A stretch of 64,000 nt of DNA from Acidobacteriota bacterium (GCA_965263035.1 OZ253580.1:3936001-4000000), one strand, 5' to 3'; shown: positions 21,521 through 31,543, counted from the first letter of the stretch. Translations and numbers: made by a program. Notes: generated from the letters alone by a model not told the origin.

Positions 21521-21679
21521 TCGGTATCAGTCGGCAATTGGAGCACGGGAGAAGGGGAGCACGGGAGAAGGGGACAGTTACCTTCTCTCAGGAGTTACCC
21601 CCAGGCAAGGCTGATCAAGGCGGATCCGACAAAAACTGAGGTGCCGATTGCGGCTCCTTTCCAGGCTCCGTCGCCCGCT

Positions 21680-22429
21680 GCATTTGCAGCCGAGGAGCTG
21701 GGACTTCTGGGGTCTCGCCACTACGTGCAGCATCCGCCTTTGCCGTTGGAACGAACCGTGGCCATGGTGAACCTGGACATGATCGGACGCAGCAACGGCG
21801 ACGTGCTGATTGGAGGAGTGGGCACGGCGGAGGAGTTCCGGGACCTGCTCCACGAGGTGGAGGCGAACTCACCGCTGACCTTCAAATACGCCAGCACCCC
21901 CCGGGGTTCGAGCGACCATCTGTCGTTCGCCGCGGCGGGAGTGCCGGTCCTCTTCTTCTTTACCGGTCTGCATCCGGACTACCACAAGCCGTCCGACGAC
22001 TGGGAGAAGATCGACCTGGTCCGAACCTGGCAGGTGGTGGAGGCCGTGCGCCAGACGGTGGGCCGGCTGAACCGTCTGGAGAGTCGACCCCAATTTGTGG
22101 ACCTCCGGCACGGGAGGATACCGCTCGACGAGCGGCCCTGGTTGGGGATCGCTCCCGACATGAGCTGGACTCTGGGAGGCGTCCAGATCGAGCAGGTCTT
22201 GAGTTGGAGTCCCGCCCAAGACGCGGGATTGCAGGAGAAGGACGTGCTGGTGGAGTTCGGCGGGCGGGAAGTGCGCAATCTCCGGGACCTCCGGGACCTC
22301 CGGGACCTCCGGGACCTCCGGAACCTGCTCCGGTTCCGGAAGCCGCGAGATCAGGTCCGGCTCCTGGTGCTGCGAAAGGGGCACCTGGTGGAGATGACTG
22401 CGCGGCTCGATCGCCGGTCCGCGCAGTAG
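21680..22429 (+). pseudogene. Duplicated 3' third of the M28/PDZ peptidase gene (copy of 18067-18789)
   Basis: Near-identical for about 530 bp, then diverged. Contains a 27-bp expansion of CTCCGGGAC. No start or N-terminal half. Confidence 0.92.
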
Positions 22430-22430
22430 G

Positions 22431-22543
22431 GGCAGGAGGGGGGACATTCTTGTCCCCCATTCCCCAATGCAGTGACGTCGTGGAGGAGGACATCCATGTT
22501 CCCCCGCACACGCTGGAATCAGGGGTCGCAAACCGCCATCCCC
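22431..22543. repeat. GGAG-type REP-like cluster
   Basis: GGAGGGGGGACATTCTTGTCCCCC, a degenerate second copy at 22482-22505 and an inverted partner near 22517-22543. Confidence 0.6.
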
Positions 22544-22679
22544 ACGCCCCCCCTTTTTCTGCCAGGATTACGCGGGCCCGCGGCCGGTGGGGGAGCTTTT
22601 CTCTTTCCTATTTTCCTCAGTTTCTCAGAGGTTCGGGTCACCGGGTCCGTCACCCCAGCGTTCGTGAACGCCTCGGTCG

Positions 22680-23462
22680 TCATCCACAGGCCAGGACACG
22701 TTCGCCGAGCGGCTGCACGGGCCGAAAGTTGTTCGGATAGATGGCGCCGAACGTGGCGATCTGCTCCGCCGACATCGTAAGCGGATCGGTCAGGATTACC
22801 CAGTCGACACCCTCGGTGCAGGGCGGAGTCGTGAGCGATCCTCGGTAGCGCCACGTGGTTCGCGTGGCGGGCAGCAACGACGCCAAGTCGAGTTCGCCCG
22901 GAACCACGTGCGACGCCCCAGGTTCGCGCGGGAGGTGTGCCCAGACTGGTCGCAGCGCGCAGTTCGGCTTTCCTTCCTCGAACAGAACTCCGACCATCGC
23001 AAGCGAGCCGCCATCACTCCGATGCACCAAGTGCATCTCCAGCGGCAGCTGAGTGCCGTCAACCGTATGCTCGCTGGCATGGTGAAAGTGAAACTGTTGC
23101 AGGTCGAAGCGTACGCTGTTGAGGACGGTGGCGCTGCCGGGGTCCGGGTTCACCTGGATCGTTTTCCCGGTATTCCCGACGACGATGCGGGTCCGCCGGT
23201 AGTCAAACTCGATCGAGATCGGATCGGGACGCCGGCCGGCGGTCAGGTCGATGGGAGACTGCTCCTCACCCAAGGCGCACGCGCTGAACGTTGGGTCGAG
23301 TGTCCCCCAGAGAGCCGGGCCGTTGTGCGGTTCGTAGCCCCATGAGGGGCCGGTATTTGGCGATCCACCTTTGCCCCCGATAGGCGGCGAATCCCCGGCA
23401 CTCTGGCACCCAAATGGCGCCACCGCGCCGAAGGCGATCCCGGCCAAGAGATTTCGCTTCAT
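22680..23462 (-). CDS. Alpha-class carbonic anhydrase, probable lipoprotein
   Basis: WGY, QSPIDL, QFHFH...SEH...EMHLVH, YRGSLTTPPCTEGV and NFRPVQP. Signal peptide ends in Cys. Confidence 0.93.
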   Translation of the reverse strand: MKRNLLAGIAFGAVAPFGCQSAGDSPPIGGKGGSPNTGPSWGYEPHNGPALWGTLDPTFSACALGEEQSPIDLTAGRRPDPISIEFDYRRTRIVVGNTGKTIQVNPDPGSATVLNSVRFDLQQFHFHHASEHTVDGTQLPLEMHLVHRSDGGSLAMVGVLFEEGKPNCALRPVWAHLPREPGASHVVPGELDLASLLPATRTTWRYRGSLTTPPCTEGVDWVILTDPLTMSAEQIATFGAIYPNNFRPVQPLGERVLACG

Positions 23463-23673
23463 GACGCCTCCGTATCTCTCAGGTCAACGCGACAACATTC
23501 GGCACCGGACGGCACACGATCTCATTGAAGAACTGATCGCCGAGCTTGAGCACGCTCTCCCAAACTGCGGGCGCGTCGAGCCAGCTCGATTTCTTCCCGA
23601 ACGGCTCCCCCGTAGAGCCAGATCCAAGCGTAGCTTCCGCCGTCGTCCTGGAGCCTTACCCTGGATCCGGGTC

Positions 23674-24117
23674 TCAACCTGTCTTGACCCAAGCTCTGAC
23701 TCGTTTCACGTGTGCCAACGGCCGCAACATCGCAGAAAAAACATCGCGCACGATCCCTTGCTCGTCCACCAGGAAAGTCACGCGCCCGGGTAGCCTCCAT
23801 GAAAAGGCCCCGTACAGACGGCGTACGGCATCATCCGGGTCGCTGGCGATCTGAAAGGGCAAGGCATTGCATTCGGCAAAACTCCGGTGTGAGTCCACGC
23901 TGGCACGGTTGATGCCGATCACCTCCACGCCCAGTCCTGCCAGGTCCTCATAAATGTCGCGGAGGGCACGAACCTGGAAGGTGCACCCCGGGGAATCGTC
24001 CGCCGGGTAGAAAAACAACACCACCTTCCGGCCGCGCAACGAGCTCAACCGGAAGGTGTCATTCTTCGTTGTCTTCAGAACGAAGTCAGGTGCGGTATCA
24101 CCGACGGAAACTGCCAC
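23674..24117 (-). CDS. Peroxiredoxin (BCP/PrxQ)
   Basis: VGDTAPDF, FFYPADDSPGCT and RVTFLVD. Confidence 0.9.
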   Translation of the reverse strand: MAVSVGDTAPDFVLKTTKNDTFRLSSLRGRKVVLFFYPADDSPGCTFQVRALRDIYEDLAGLGVEVIGINRASVDSHRSFAECNALPFQIASDPDDAVRRLYGAFSWRLPGRVTFLVDEQGIVRDVFSAMLRPLAHVKRVRAWVKTG

Positions 24118-24280
24118 AATCTGGAATGTCTACCAAAACGGGCCGAACGAAACGACAAAAGACGCAGGAGCGAAGATTAAAGGCGGGAACCAAACGTCTC
24201 GAAGATGTGCCGGGTCACGAAGAATCTTCTGGTCCGGAGACTGGCCGAACGGCTAGACCTTGGACCAAACGTGGAACCGG

Positions 24281-24709
24281 TTATTCCGTGGAATCCTGCG
24301 TGCGGTCGCCCATGTCGACGGTGCCTTTGAAGCTGCAGCCCTCTTTCAGAATGACTTGGGGAGCGATCAGCTTGCCTCGGACGCGTCCGGTTTCACTCAA
24401 GAGGATCTGTTCTTCTCCCCGAAGGAGCCCTTCTACAAGACCATCAACGTGAATCACCTTTGCCAAGAGATCGGCCTTGATCCGGCCTTCTCTCCCCACA
24501 GTGATGTTGCACCCGGTAAGGGATAGTTGTCCTTCGATACGACCCTCGATGAGCACATCCTGCGTTCCGCTCAACTCCCCCCTGATGGTGATTCTGGAGC
24601 CGATGACAGATCGGTCCCCGTTTCGCCCCGCGGCATCTTGCTGGTTAGAAACTCGAGGGAAGGTCCCTCGGTCCGAGGTCGATGTTCTCGGCGAATCGTT
24701 TTCCCACAT
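24281..24709 (-). CDS. Bactofilin (polymer-forming cytoskeletal protein)
   Basis: SVIGSRITIRGEL...IEGRIEG...VDGLVEG...GCSFKGTVDM. GGGAG RBS before ATG 24709. Confidence 0.88.
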   Translation of the reverse strand: MWENDSPRTSTSDRGTFPRVSNQQDAAGRNGDRSVIGSRITIRGELSGTQDVLIEGRIEGQLSLTGCNITVGREGRIKADLLAKVIHVDGLVEGLLRGEEQILLSETGRVRGKLIAPQVILKEGCSFKGTVDMGDRTQDSTE

Positions 24710-24758
24710 GTAGTACTCCCTTCGGCGATGATCTGCACTAGGGTAGATGACATCCCTG

Positions 24759-25046
24759 TCATCGCTCAGACGTCTCTCCCGCACTGGGCTGATCTTCCCG
24801 CCCGCATTGGACCACCCGGAAGTCCAGGCGTCGCACCACCGACCGGTTCCACAGCTCATTGACCTTGGACATCAGGGGCTGAGCCACCTCCCGGAGCGTC
24901 CGCTCCCATTCCCGATCGGACACGCCGGTCTCCAGAGTGCGCTTTCGAAGCCGAAGCGGATCCGTGCATTTTGTCAGCTGGTCCCACAGGATCTGGGATC
25001 AGAACTCCTTCAGGAAGATCACGGCCGCCTCCTCATCCCGGATCAT
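24759..25046 (-). pseudogene. DUF721/DciA-like gene fragment with in-frame TGA
   Basis: MIRDEEAAVIFLKEF*SQILWDQLTKCTDPLRLRKRTLETGVSDREWERTL...LMSKVNELW...VRRLDFRV. The stop at 25001-24999 lies where the family Trp is expected. Confidence 0.55.
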
Positions 25047-25093
25047 CTCCTGCAACCAGAGCACGCAGAGTGGGGAGCGGTTTGGGACCGGAC

Positions 25094-25789
25094 TTACTGA
25101 GAAGCTCTCGGAGCTTCGTAGAGCACGATTGCCTGGTTCTTGGTGGCAGCACCGACGACAATGCCCAACCCAGTCCCAATTCCAGTCGCAACTGCGGGGA
25201 CAAACAATAGGAACAGTCCCATCGCTTCTCCTAGAGTCTGCGCGGTAGAAATGATCGTAGCGAGAAAGTGGGGAATCGAGGCCAGATTTTCTCGATTTTG
25301 AGGTGCATAGTTGTTCTATTCGCCGAGAAATCGGGGAAATATGGATCGATTCTACCGCTTTCGCAGTAGATCAATTTCTGCGGCGCAGGCTCCTAGGTCT
25401 TCGTTTCCGTCTCTATTGGCATTGGTAACCATCATGCCTACAGCCCCAATCCCGGCTCCCGCTGCGGCTCCGATGATCGCGCCATTCCGGGCTCCGTTTC
25501 CCGCGCCACCTTTCTTCTGAGTTGCAATAGTCTGGACGTCTGTTTTCGGAATCACTGCTTGAGCGGAGTGAGTCTCGAGGTCCACGTCTGATGCGGACAG
25601 ACCTTCAAAGTCCCCTTCGACCCGATCCCCGTTCTTGAGCTCCACCGTGATGGGAGTTCCCAAGTCCAGATCGGAGACCTTCTCCCAGCGCCCCGGGATC
25701 ACCTCCGCGTGCGTCGGCTGCGCGATCAGACCCGCCAGGAGCAAGGTGAGGAATTGGATCCGGCAGGATTTCATCGTGGGGGTTGGCAT
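25094..25789 (-). pseudogene. Secreted glycine-zipper membrane protein interrupted by MITE-A
   Basis: Signal peptide, Sm-like beta segment and GAIIGAAAGAGIG. Removing the MITE restores the frame ...NEDLGEAMGLFLLFVPAVATGIGTGLGIVVGAA...LYEAPRASQ*. Confidence 0.8.
25231..25396 (+). mobile_element. MITE family A, copy 2
   Basis: Near-identical to 18841-19007. Flanks read CTA-GAG...CTC-CTA(G). Confidence 0.88.
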
Positions 25790-26171
25790 AATGGCACGTC
25801 CTTATGCGCTGAAGTGTTTTCCACCAGGGCGCCGCTCACGGTCGCCCTCGAGTCAACGGACTCCTGCCTCCCGTGGGTCGTCCCCACAGAGGGCAGGTAC
25901 GCATCGGAAGATGTGAGTTTTTCGCCGGATTAGACTCACCGAGACCGGGAATGGACACGGCGTCTGGAGTTCCGAATCACGTGCGGCGGGGGCGGTGTCC
26001 ATTAATGCCTGCTAACGGACGCAGAGCGCCCAGCAAGGAAGACCGACAAAATCAGAACGGCGGACAGTGGTGTGTCCGGGCCAACTAAGCTCTACCACTA
26101 CGGGGCTCGGTGGTTGGGGGAGAGATGGTCCAGGCCGGTCGAAAGACCGTCCCGGGGCCGGCGCCTAACTC

Positions 26172-27821
26172 GTTCTCATCCAGAAAGTCGGGTTTTGGGG
26201 GATTGGGTAGCCCGAGGAAGACCGGGGAAACTGCAATAAACCGGCTCGATGGGGGCCGAAAGCAGGAAATTCAAGTCCGTTGAGAGCCGATCCCGGATTT
26301 TGAAGACACGAGTCCCTGACGGGGCATCGGCAATGGATTCAAGCTGCGCTTACAGCAGCAGGCGGGCCAGCACCAGCAGGTTGAAGCTGACGATCGAGAG
26401 GTACACATATTGCTGGAAGTGGGGCCAGCCCTTCCAGGTGCAGCGTCCGAGTCCGAACACTCGCTTGAGCCACGAGATGCACCCTTCGATGCCGGCCCGG
26501 AAGCGTCGCAGTTGCCGGTAGACCCAACTGGAGCGCACCATCTCAGGGACCTTCAGTCCGCGTTTCTTGGCAAAGGCGACATCCTGGACGCCTTGCTTTT
26601 TGGCCCACTCCAGATTGGAGCGGCTGGCAAAGCATCCGTCACAACTGACCTGTCGAGGCCAACGGCCGTACAGATCATACTGGCGCCGCATCCAGGGCTG
26701 GAACTGACCGGCATCGTTAGGGTTCCCCCGCACCACCTCAGCATCCAGCATCAGGCCGGAGACGCCGCCGGTCAGAAACAGCTTGTGCCCAAAGACCGTT
26801 TCCCGGCGCTTCTTTTTGATGATGTCGGTGTGCTCCTCAAACAAGGAGAGGACTTTCTCGGCGGCCGGAACCGTCTCTCCCCGCAGCACACGCCGCTCGG
26901 TCTGGTCGATGATCTTCTTCGTCAAATCCAAGTAATGGCGCAGTTGACCGGCGATGACCAGACTGGGCAGGTCGGTGAACCGATCCGCTTGCCGCAGCGC
27001 CCTCTCGGCGTCATGAGCGGTCTTGCGAGCGACCTTCAACAGATCCCGATAGGCTCGCAGACGACGCTTGCCCCGGTGGTTGGCGATGTTCGCAACAGCG
27101 TCGCTTGGCCCGGCGCCGGTGATCCGAAAAGACGATCTTGTGAGGTCGGGCCAAGCGGCGCAGCCAGCGGGTGAGGACTCGAACCGAGTCGGACAACATC
27201 TGGGAATCCCGCGGATAGGGGATGGGGCTTTCCACGGCCGTGGCATCGGCTCGGATCTTCCGTCCCCGTTCCAGTCCCTGGCCCTCCGCCCATTGCACCA
27301 GGAGCCGGTTGATCTGCTGCCAGGTTCCGGCTTGAATCCGGCTGATGTTGTCCTGGAGGCAGGAGGCACTGGGGGTCCATTGCCAAGGGAGTCGAGCGAA
27401 GCGACGAAAGCTCTGAGAGTCGCTCCAGAGGAACGCCAACTTGGTGTAGGGCAGCTGATGCCAGTTCTTGAGGATGGCCGCGCGCAGGACCTGCTCTGCG
27501 GAGAGACCCGGAGCCCCCTGGCCTGAACCGGCGGTGTCACACAGATCGTGTAGAACCAGACCCAGGATTGAGGGGTTGTCATCCAAGATCTTGGAAACAG
27601 CTCTCAATTCCTGGGCGAGTCGGTGACCGGGCCAGAGCCCGGAGAGCGGAAGCTGGTTTTCCCGTTTTCGGCGCATTGTTCAAGCCCCCGGTTTTGTGTA
27701 AGTCATTTGGTTGCTTTTATTTAGCACCAATAGACTACCAAACGACTATGACAGAATCGGGGCTTGAAAATGCCTCCTTAGTCCTTATTTCCCAATAACT
27801 TACGGCTTTCCGGATGAGAAC
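26172..27821 (-). mobile_element. ISNCY (ISDol1-like) insertion sequence
   Basis: TIR GTTCTCATCCAGAAAGTCG / CGGCTTTCCGGATGAGAAC. 6-bp TSD TAACTC at 26166-26171 and 27822-27827. Confidence 0.85.
26350..27676 (-). pseudogene. DDE transposase, frameshifted near 27095
   Basis: N-half RADATAVES..YPRDS in one frame; C-half SLFEEHTD, FGHK, DGCF and FRAGIEGCIS in another. Confidence 0.85.
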
Positions 27822-28125
27822 TAACTCGTAATCGCCCGGAGCGTGACCTCTTGGCGGCGACCCTGAATTTGTGCCGGTAAAGTTCGTTACCGTCCCTGAT
27901 GCAAAAGCCACGAGCCAGGACAGAGGCCGGGGCGCCAGCTATCGTTCGCTCAACTTCCGACCACTGCGTGCCCCCGTGGGCACACTGACGCCCCAGGGGA
28001 AAGCAGCAAACATTGACCAGAGATCAGATCGACCACAGGGGAGCCCCTTAGTGAGGGAAGAACCCAAGAGGGGATCCCCCAGCATGCCGGACTGGGGGGA
28101 GATTAAGCCTTACGACGCAGACGGC

Positions 28126-28824
28126 TCAATCGACGCGAGTAATTGTCACTCTGGCGACAGGGTTGCGCCAGTCGGACTCGGAGGCATTGACGTCACCGGT
28201 CCCCTGAATCCCATTACTGATGTGAATGAAGCCTTCAGCCTCAGCCGCATCATGGACATGATTCCCACAGGGGGGGACCGGGTATGAATTCACACGACTC
28301 GGAATTGGCCTCGCTTCCCGCGTCGTAGGCTGGAGCATTCAAGGTCTTGGATCGAGGCGCGGAAAAAAACAGGAAGGCCGGTGCCGGAACTTGTACACCG
28401 CTGACGGCAAAGAAAGAGTCGTTGGTCGTCGCCAGCATGCCCACCACCGAAATAGATCTGTAACCGGGACCGCTTTCCACCATCACGCTGGCGGAATGAC
28501 CCGGTGGGATGACGGGTGGATCCCCGGGGCCGAGGGCCACGTCAGCATCGTAAACTCCCATCATGCCCATCGCCGCCTCCATCAGTGGCACGGGGTTCCT
28601 TCCTCCGCCAGCGTCGCCAATTCCATGCTGGCGGGGTGGCCGACCGAGAAGAGAGAGGTGGAGGAATCGTGGACCACGACCAACGGAGGGGTGATCAACT
28701 GACCCCGAGTCAGGTTATGAATGGTGACCTCGTAGGTGGTCTGGGCAAGCCCGGAGGCACCGGTCGCCCAGCCGAATAACGCCGTCACGCAAACCAAGAA
28801 AATCGGTCTCATCTGCTTTCTCAT
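28126..28824 (-). pseudogene. Secreted spondin_N-domain protein with two single-base frameshifts
   Basis: YEVTIHNLT...TPPLVVVH...LAEEG / MLATTNDSF...YDAGSEANSE / EGFIHISNGI...DWRNPVARVTI. Shifts at about 28597 (-1) and the G7 run 28270-28276 (+1). Confidence 0.85.
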
Positions 28825-29016
28825 TGGATTCTCCTCTCCAACCACTTAGGTGCCGAAAGGGTAATCACGTCAATTGTCTTTAGATCTCAACTGGATCGGG
28901 TGCCCCGCGGCGCCGTCTGCACTCGCACGCTGACGTTCTCTGTGAAAAGTTAGGGGATCAACCAATGTTCTCTAATACACTGCACGGGACACCCTGGATA
29001 AATTTAGAACATGTAA

Positions 29017-29066
29017 GTGAGAATGGAGTGATATTTTGGGTTGAGATAGTGAGAATATCGCGAGAT
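29017..29066. promoter_or_regulatory. Putative OmpR/PhoB-type direct-repeat operator
   Basis: GTGAGAA (29017), GTGATAT (29028), GTGAGAA (29049), GCGAGAT (29060): two pairs at 11-bp spacing in an AT-rich divergent intergenic region. Confidence 0.45.
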
Positions 29067-29185
29067 ATTCCACCCAAACCGCTTTCGCGGTCGGCTACAG
29101 AGCGCCCCGCACCTGGATCCTCCGTCGAAACGACGCCGGGGGACGCTGAACCGGGCCTTGCTGCGGGGTCCGACGAGGTTGGGCA

Positions 29186-31543
29186 ATGAAGAGTCGCGAC
29201 GAATTGAGGCGGGAGATCGACGCGCTGCGGAACCGCAGCTCCAGCCTCAGTGCAGCGATCCTGCGCATCAGCGGGAGCCTCGACCTCGGCACCGTCCTGC
29301 GCGAGGTAGTGGACGGCGCCCGCGCGTTGACCGGCGCCCGTTTCGGCGGGGTCGCGACCCTCTCCGACTCGGGACAGGTCCAGGAATTCGTTACCTCCGG
29401 CATCACTGCGGCCGAGCACCAGCGGGTGGCCGACTGGCCCGACGGACTGCGGCTGTTCAAACACTTCCGGGATCTTCCGGGCCCACTGAGACTCGCCGAC
29501 CTCCCCACCTATCTCCGGTCGCTCGGGCATTCCCCGGACCCGTTTCCGTCGAAGACCTTCCAGTGGACGCCGATGCGTCACCGTGGCGTGCATGTCGGCC
29601 ACTTCTTTCTCGGCGAGAAGGAAGGCGGACAAGAGTTCACGAGCGAGGATGAAGAGATCCTGGTGCTGTTCGGGGCTCAGGCAGCCACGGCCATCGCCAA
29701 TGCCCGCACCCACCGGGACGAGCAGCGGGTCCGGGCCGACTTGGAGGCGCTGGTCGACACCTCGCCGGTGGGGGTCCTGGTTTTCGATGCCAGGACCGGA
29801 AATCCGGTGTCGGTCAATCAGGAGGCCAAGCGGATTGTCGGGGACCTCTGTGCGCCGGACCGCTCCGCGGAGCAACTGCTGGAGATCATGACGATCCGGC
29901 GCGCCGACGGGCGGGAGATTTCCCTCCAGGAGTTTCCCCTGGCGCAGGCGCTCAGCAGCGCGACGACGGTGCGCGCCGAGGAGATCGTCCTCCAGAGCCC
30001 CGATGGCCGGAGGGTCACGACGCTGGTCAACGCCACGCCGATCCGTTCCGAGGACGGCGCCGTCGAGTCCGTGGTCGTCACCTTGCAGGACTTGGCGCCG
30101 CTTGAGGAGCTGGAGCGGCTGCGAGCCGAGTTCCTGGGCATGGTGAGCCACGAGCTACGGGTTCCTCTGACCTCCATCAAGGGCTCGGCCGCCACCGCGC
30201 TGGGCACCTCGCCGGCCTCGGACCCGGCCACAACACACCAATTCTTCCGCATCATCGACCAGCAGGCCGATCACATGCACGGCCTGATCGACGACCTGCT
30301 CGATGCGGGCCGCATCGAGACGGGCACGCTGTCGGTCGTCCCCGAGCCCACGGAGGTCACTCGCCTGGTGGACCAGGCCCGGAACACGTTTCTGAGCGGA
30401 GGCGGCCGGCGCACCGTCCAGATCGACCTGCCGCCGGACCTGCCCCGGGTGATGGCCGACCGGCGGCGCATCGTCCAGGTCTTGAACAACCTCTTGTCCA
30501 ACGCCTCCCGTCACTCGCCCGAGTCCTCTCCCATCCGGATCGCCGCGGTGCACGACGGAGTTCACGTGGCGATCTCGATAACGGACGAAGGCCGGGGGGT
30601 GCCGTCGGACCTGCTGCCGCACCTGTTCCGAAAGTACACGCGTGTCGCCGGCGGTGGCCGGGGGATCGGAGGATCCGGACTGGGCTTGGCCATCTGCAAG
30701 GGTCTGGTGGAGGCCCACGGGGGGCGGATCCGCGCCGAGAGTGGCGGATCGGGCCTGGGAACGCGATTCACCTTCACGCTTCCGGCGGTCGAAGAGGCTG
30801 GGACCGTTGTCGCGGTCGGCTTCGCCCGGAGCTCTTCCCGCCAGACTCGAGGCGGGCGGGAGCGAACGCGCATCCTGGTGGTCGATGACGACCCGCAGAC
30901 GCTCCGCTACGTTCGGGATGCGCTCACGGCGGCCGGCTACTCCCCGCTCGTGACGGGAGACCCGCGGGAGGTGTCCCACCTCATCAAGACCAAGCAGCCC
31001 CGGCTGGTCCTGCTGGATCTGATCCTGCCCGGGACCGATGGTATCGAGTTGATGGAGAGCCTCCCCGAGCTGGCCGAGCTGCCGGTCATCTTCATCTCCG
31101 GCTATGGTCGGGACGATACGATCGCCCGGGCCCTGGAGACCGGGGCCAACGATTACATCGTCAAACCCTTCTCGCCGACGGAACTGGTGGCAAGAGTTCA
31201 GGCGGCCCTGCGCCGGCGCGACGAGCCGTCCGAACCCTTCCGGTTGGGGGATCTGGCCATCCACTACGAGGACCGCCGCGCGACCCTGGCGGGCCGGCTG
31301 CTGCAGCTGACGGCCACCGAATACGAGTTGTTGCGGGTGCTCTCGGTCAACGCGGGACGGGTCGTGACGTACGAGTCCCTGCTCCGCCAGGTGTGGGGCG
31401 GTTGGGGATCCGGCGACTTACGACCGATGCGCGCCATCGTCAAAAGCCTCCGCCGCAAGCTGAGCGATGATGCGGCCAAGCCGACCTATATCTTCAACGT
31501 GCGCCAGGTCGGCTACCGCATGCCCCAGCCCGACTACCGGTGA
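29186..31543 (+). CDS. Soluble hybrid sensor kinase/response regulator: GAF-PAS-HisKA-HATPase-REC-OmpR winged helix
   Basis: SHELRVPL, NLLSNA, DEGRG, GSGLGL; VDDD, LLDL, KPF; LTATEYELL...QVWG...LRRKL...VGYR. No transmembrane segment. Confidence 0.92.
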   Translation: MKSRDELRREIDALRNRSSSLSAAILRISGSLDLGTVLREVVDGARALTGARFGGVATLSDSGQVQEFVTSGITAAEHQRVADWPDGLRLFKHFRDLPGPLRLADLPTYLRSLGHSPDPFPSKTFQWTPMRHRGVHVGHFFLGEKEGGQEFTSEDEEILVLFGAQAATAIANARTHRDEQRVRADLEALVDTSPVGVLVFDARTGNPVSVNQEAKRIVGDLCAPDRSAEQLLEIMTIRRADGREISLQEFPLAQALSSATTVRAEEIVLQSPDGRRVTTLVNATPIRSEDGAVESVVVTLQDLAPLEELERLRAEFLGMVSHELRVPLTSIKGSAATALGTSPASDPATTHQFFRIIDQQADHMHGLIDDLLDAGRIETGTLSVVPEPTEVTRLVDQARNTFLSGGGRRTVQIDLPPDLPRVMADRRRIVQVLNNLLSNASRHSPESSPIRIAAVHDGVHVAISITDEGRGVPSDLLPHLFRKYTRVAGGGRGIGGSGLGLAICKGLVEAHGGRIRAESGGSGLGTRFTFTLPAVEEAGTVVAVGFARSSSRQTRGGRERTRILVVDDDPQTLRYVRDALTAAGYSPLVTGDPREVSHLIKTKQPRLVLLDLILPGTDGIELMESLPELAELPVIFISGYGRDDTIARALETGANDYIVKPFSPTELVARVQAALRRRDEPSEPFRLGDLAIHYEDRRATLAGRLLQLTATEYELLRVLSVNAGRVVTYESLLRQVWGGWGSGDLRPMRAIVKSLRRKLSDDAAKPTYIFNVRQVGYRMPQPDYR

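Noticed and set aside
21440-21679. N-terminus of the 329-aa ORF as a new peptidase gene
   Set aside because: Fortuitous open frame upstream of the duplicated segment; the N-terminal zinc ligands are absent.
22496-22525. Type I-E CRISPR-repeat-like string (TGTTCCCCCGCACACGCTGGAATC; IPACAGE in the antisense ORF)
   Set aside because: Single copy, no repeat at about 61-bp spacing, no cas genes, and it overlaps a degenerate REP unit.
26161-27900. GCCTAAC as an integron attC half-site
   Set aside because: No matching GTTRRRY end or attC stem after removing the IS, and no integron integrase.
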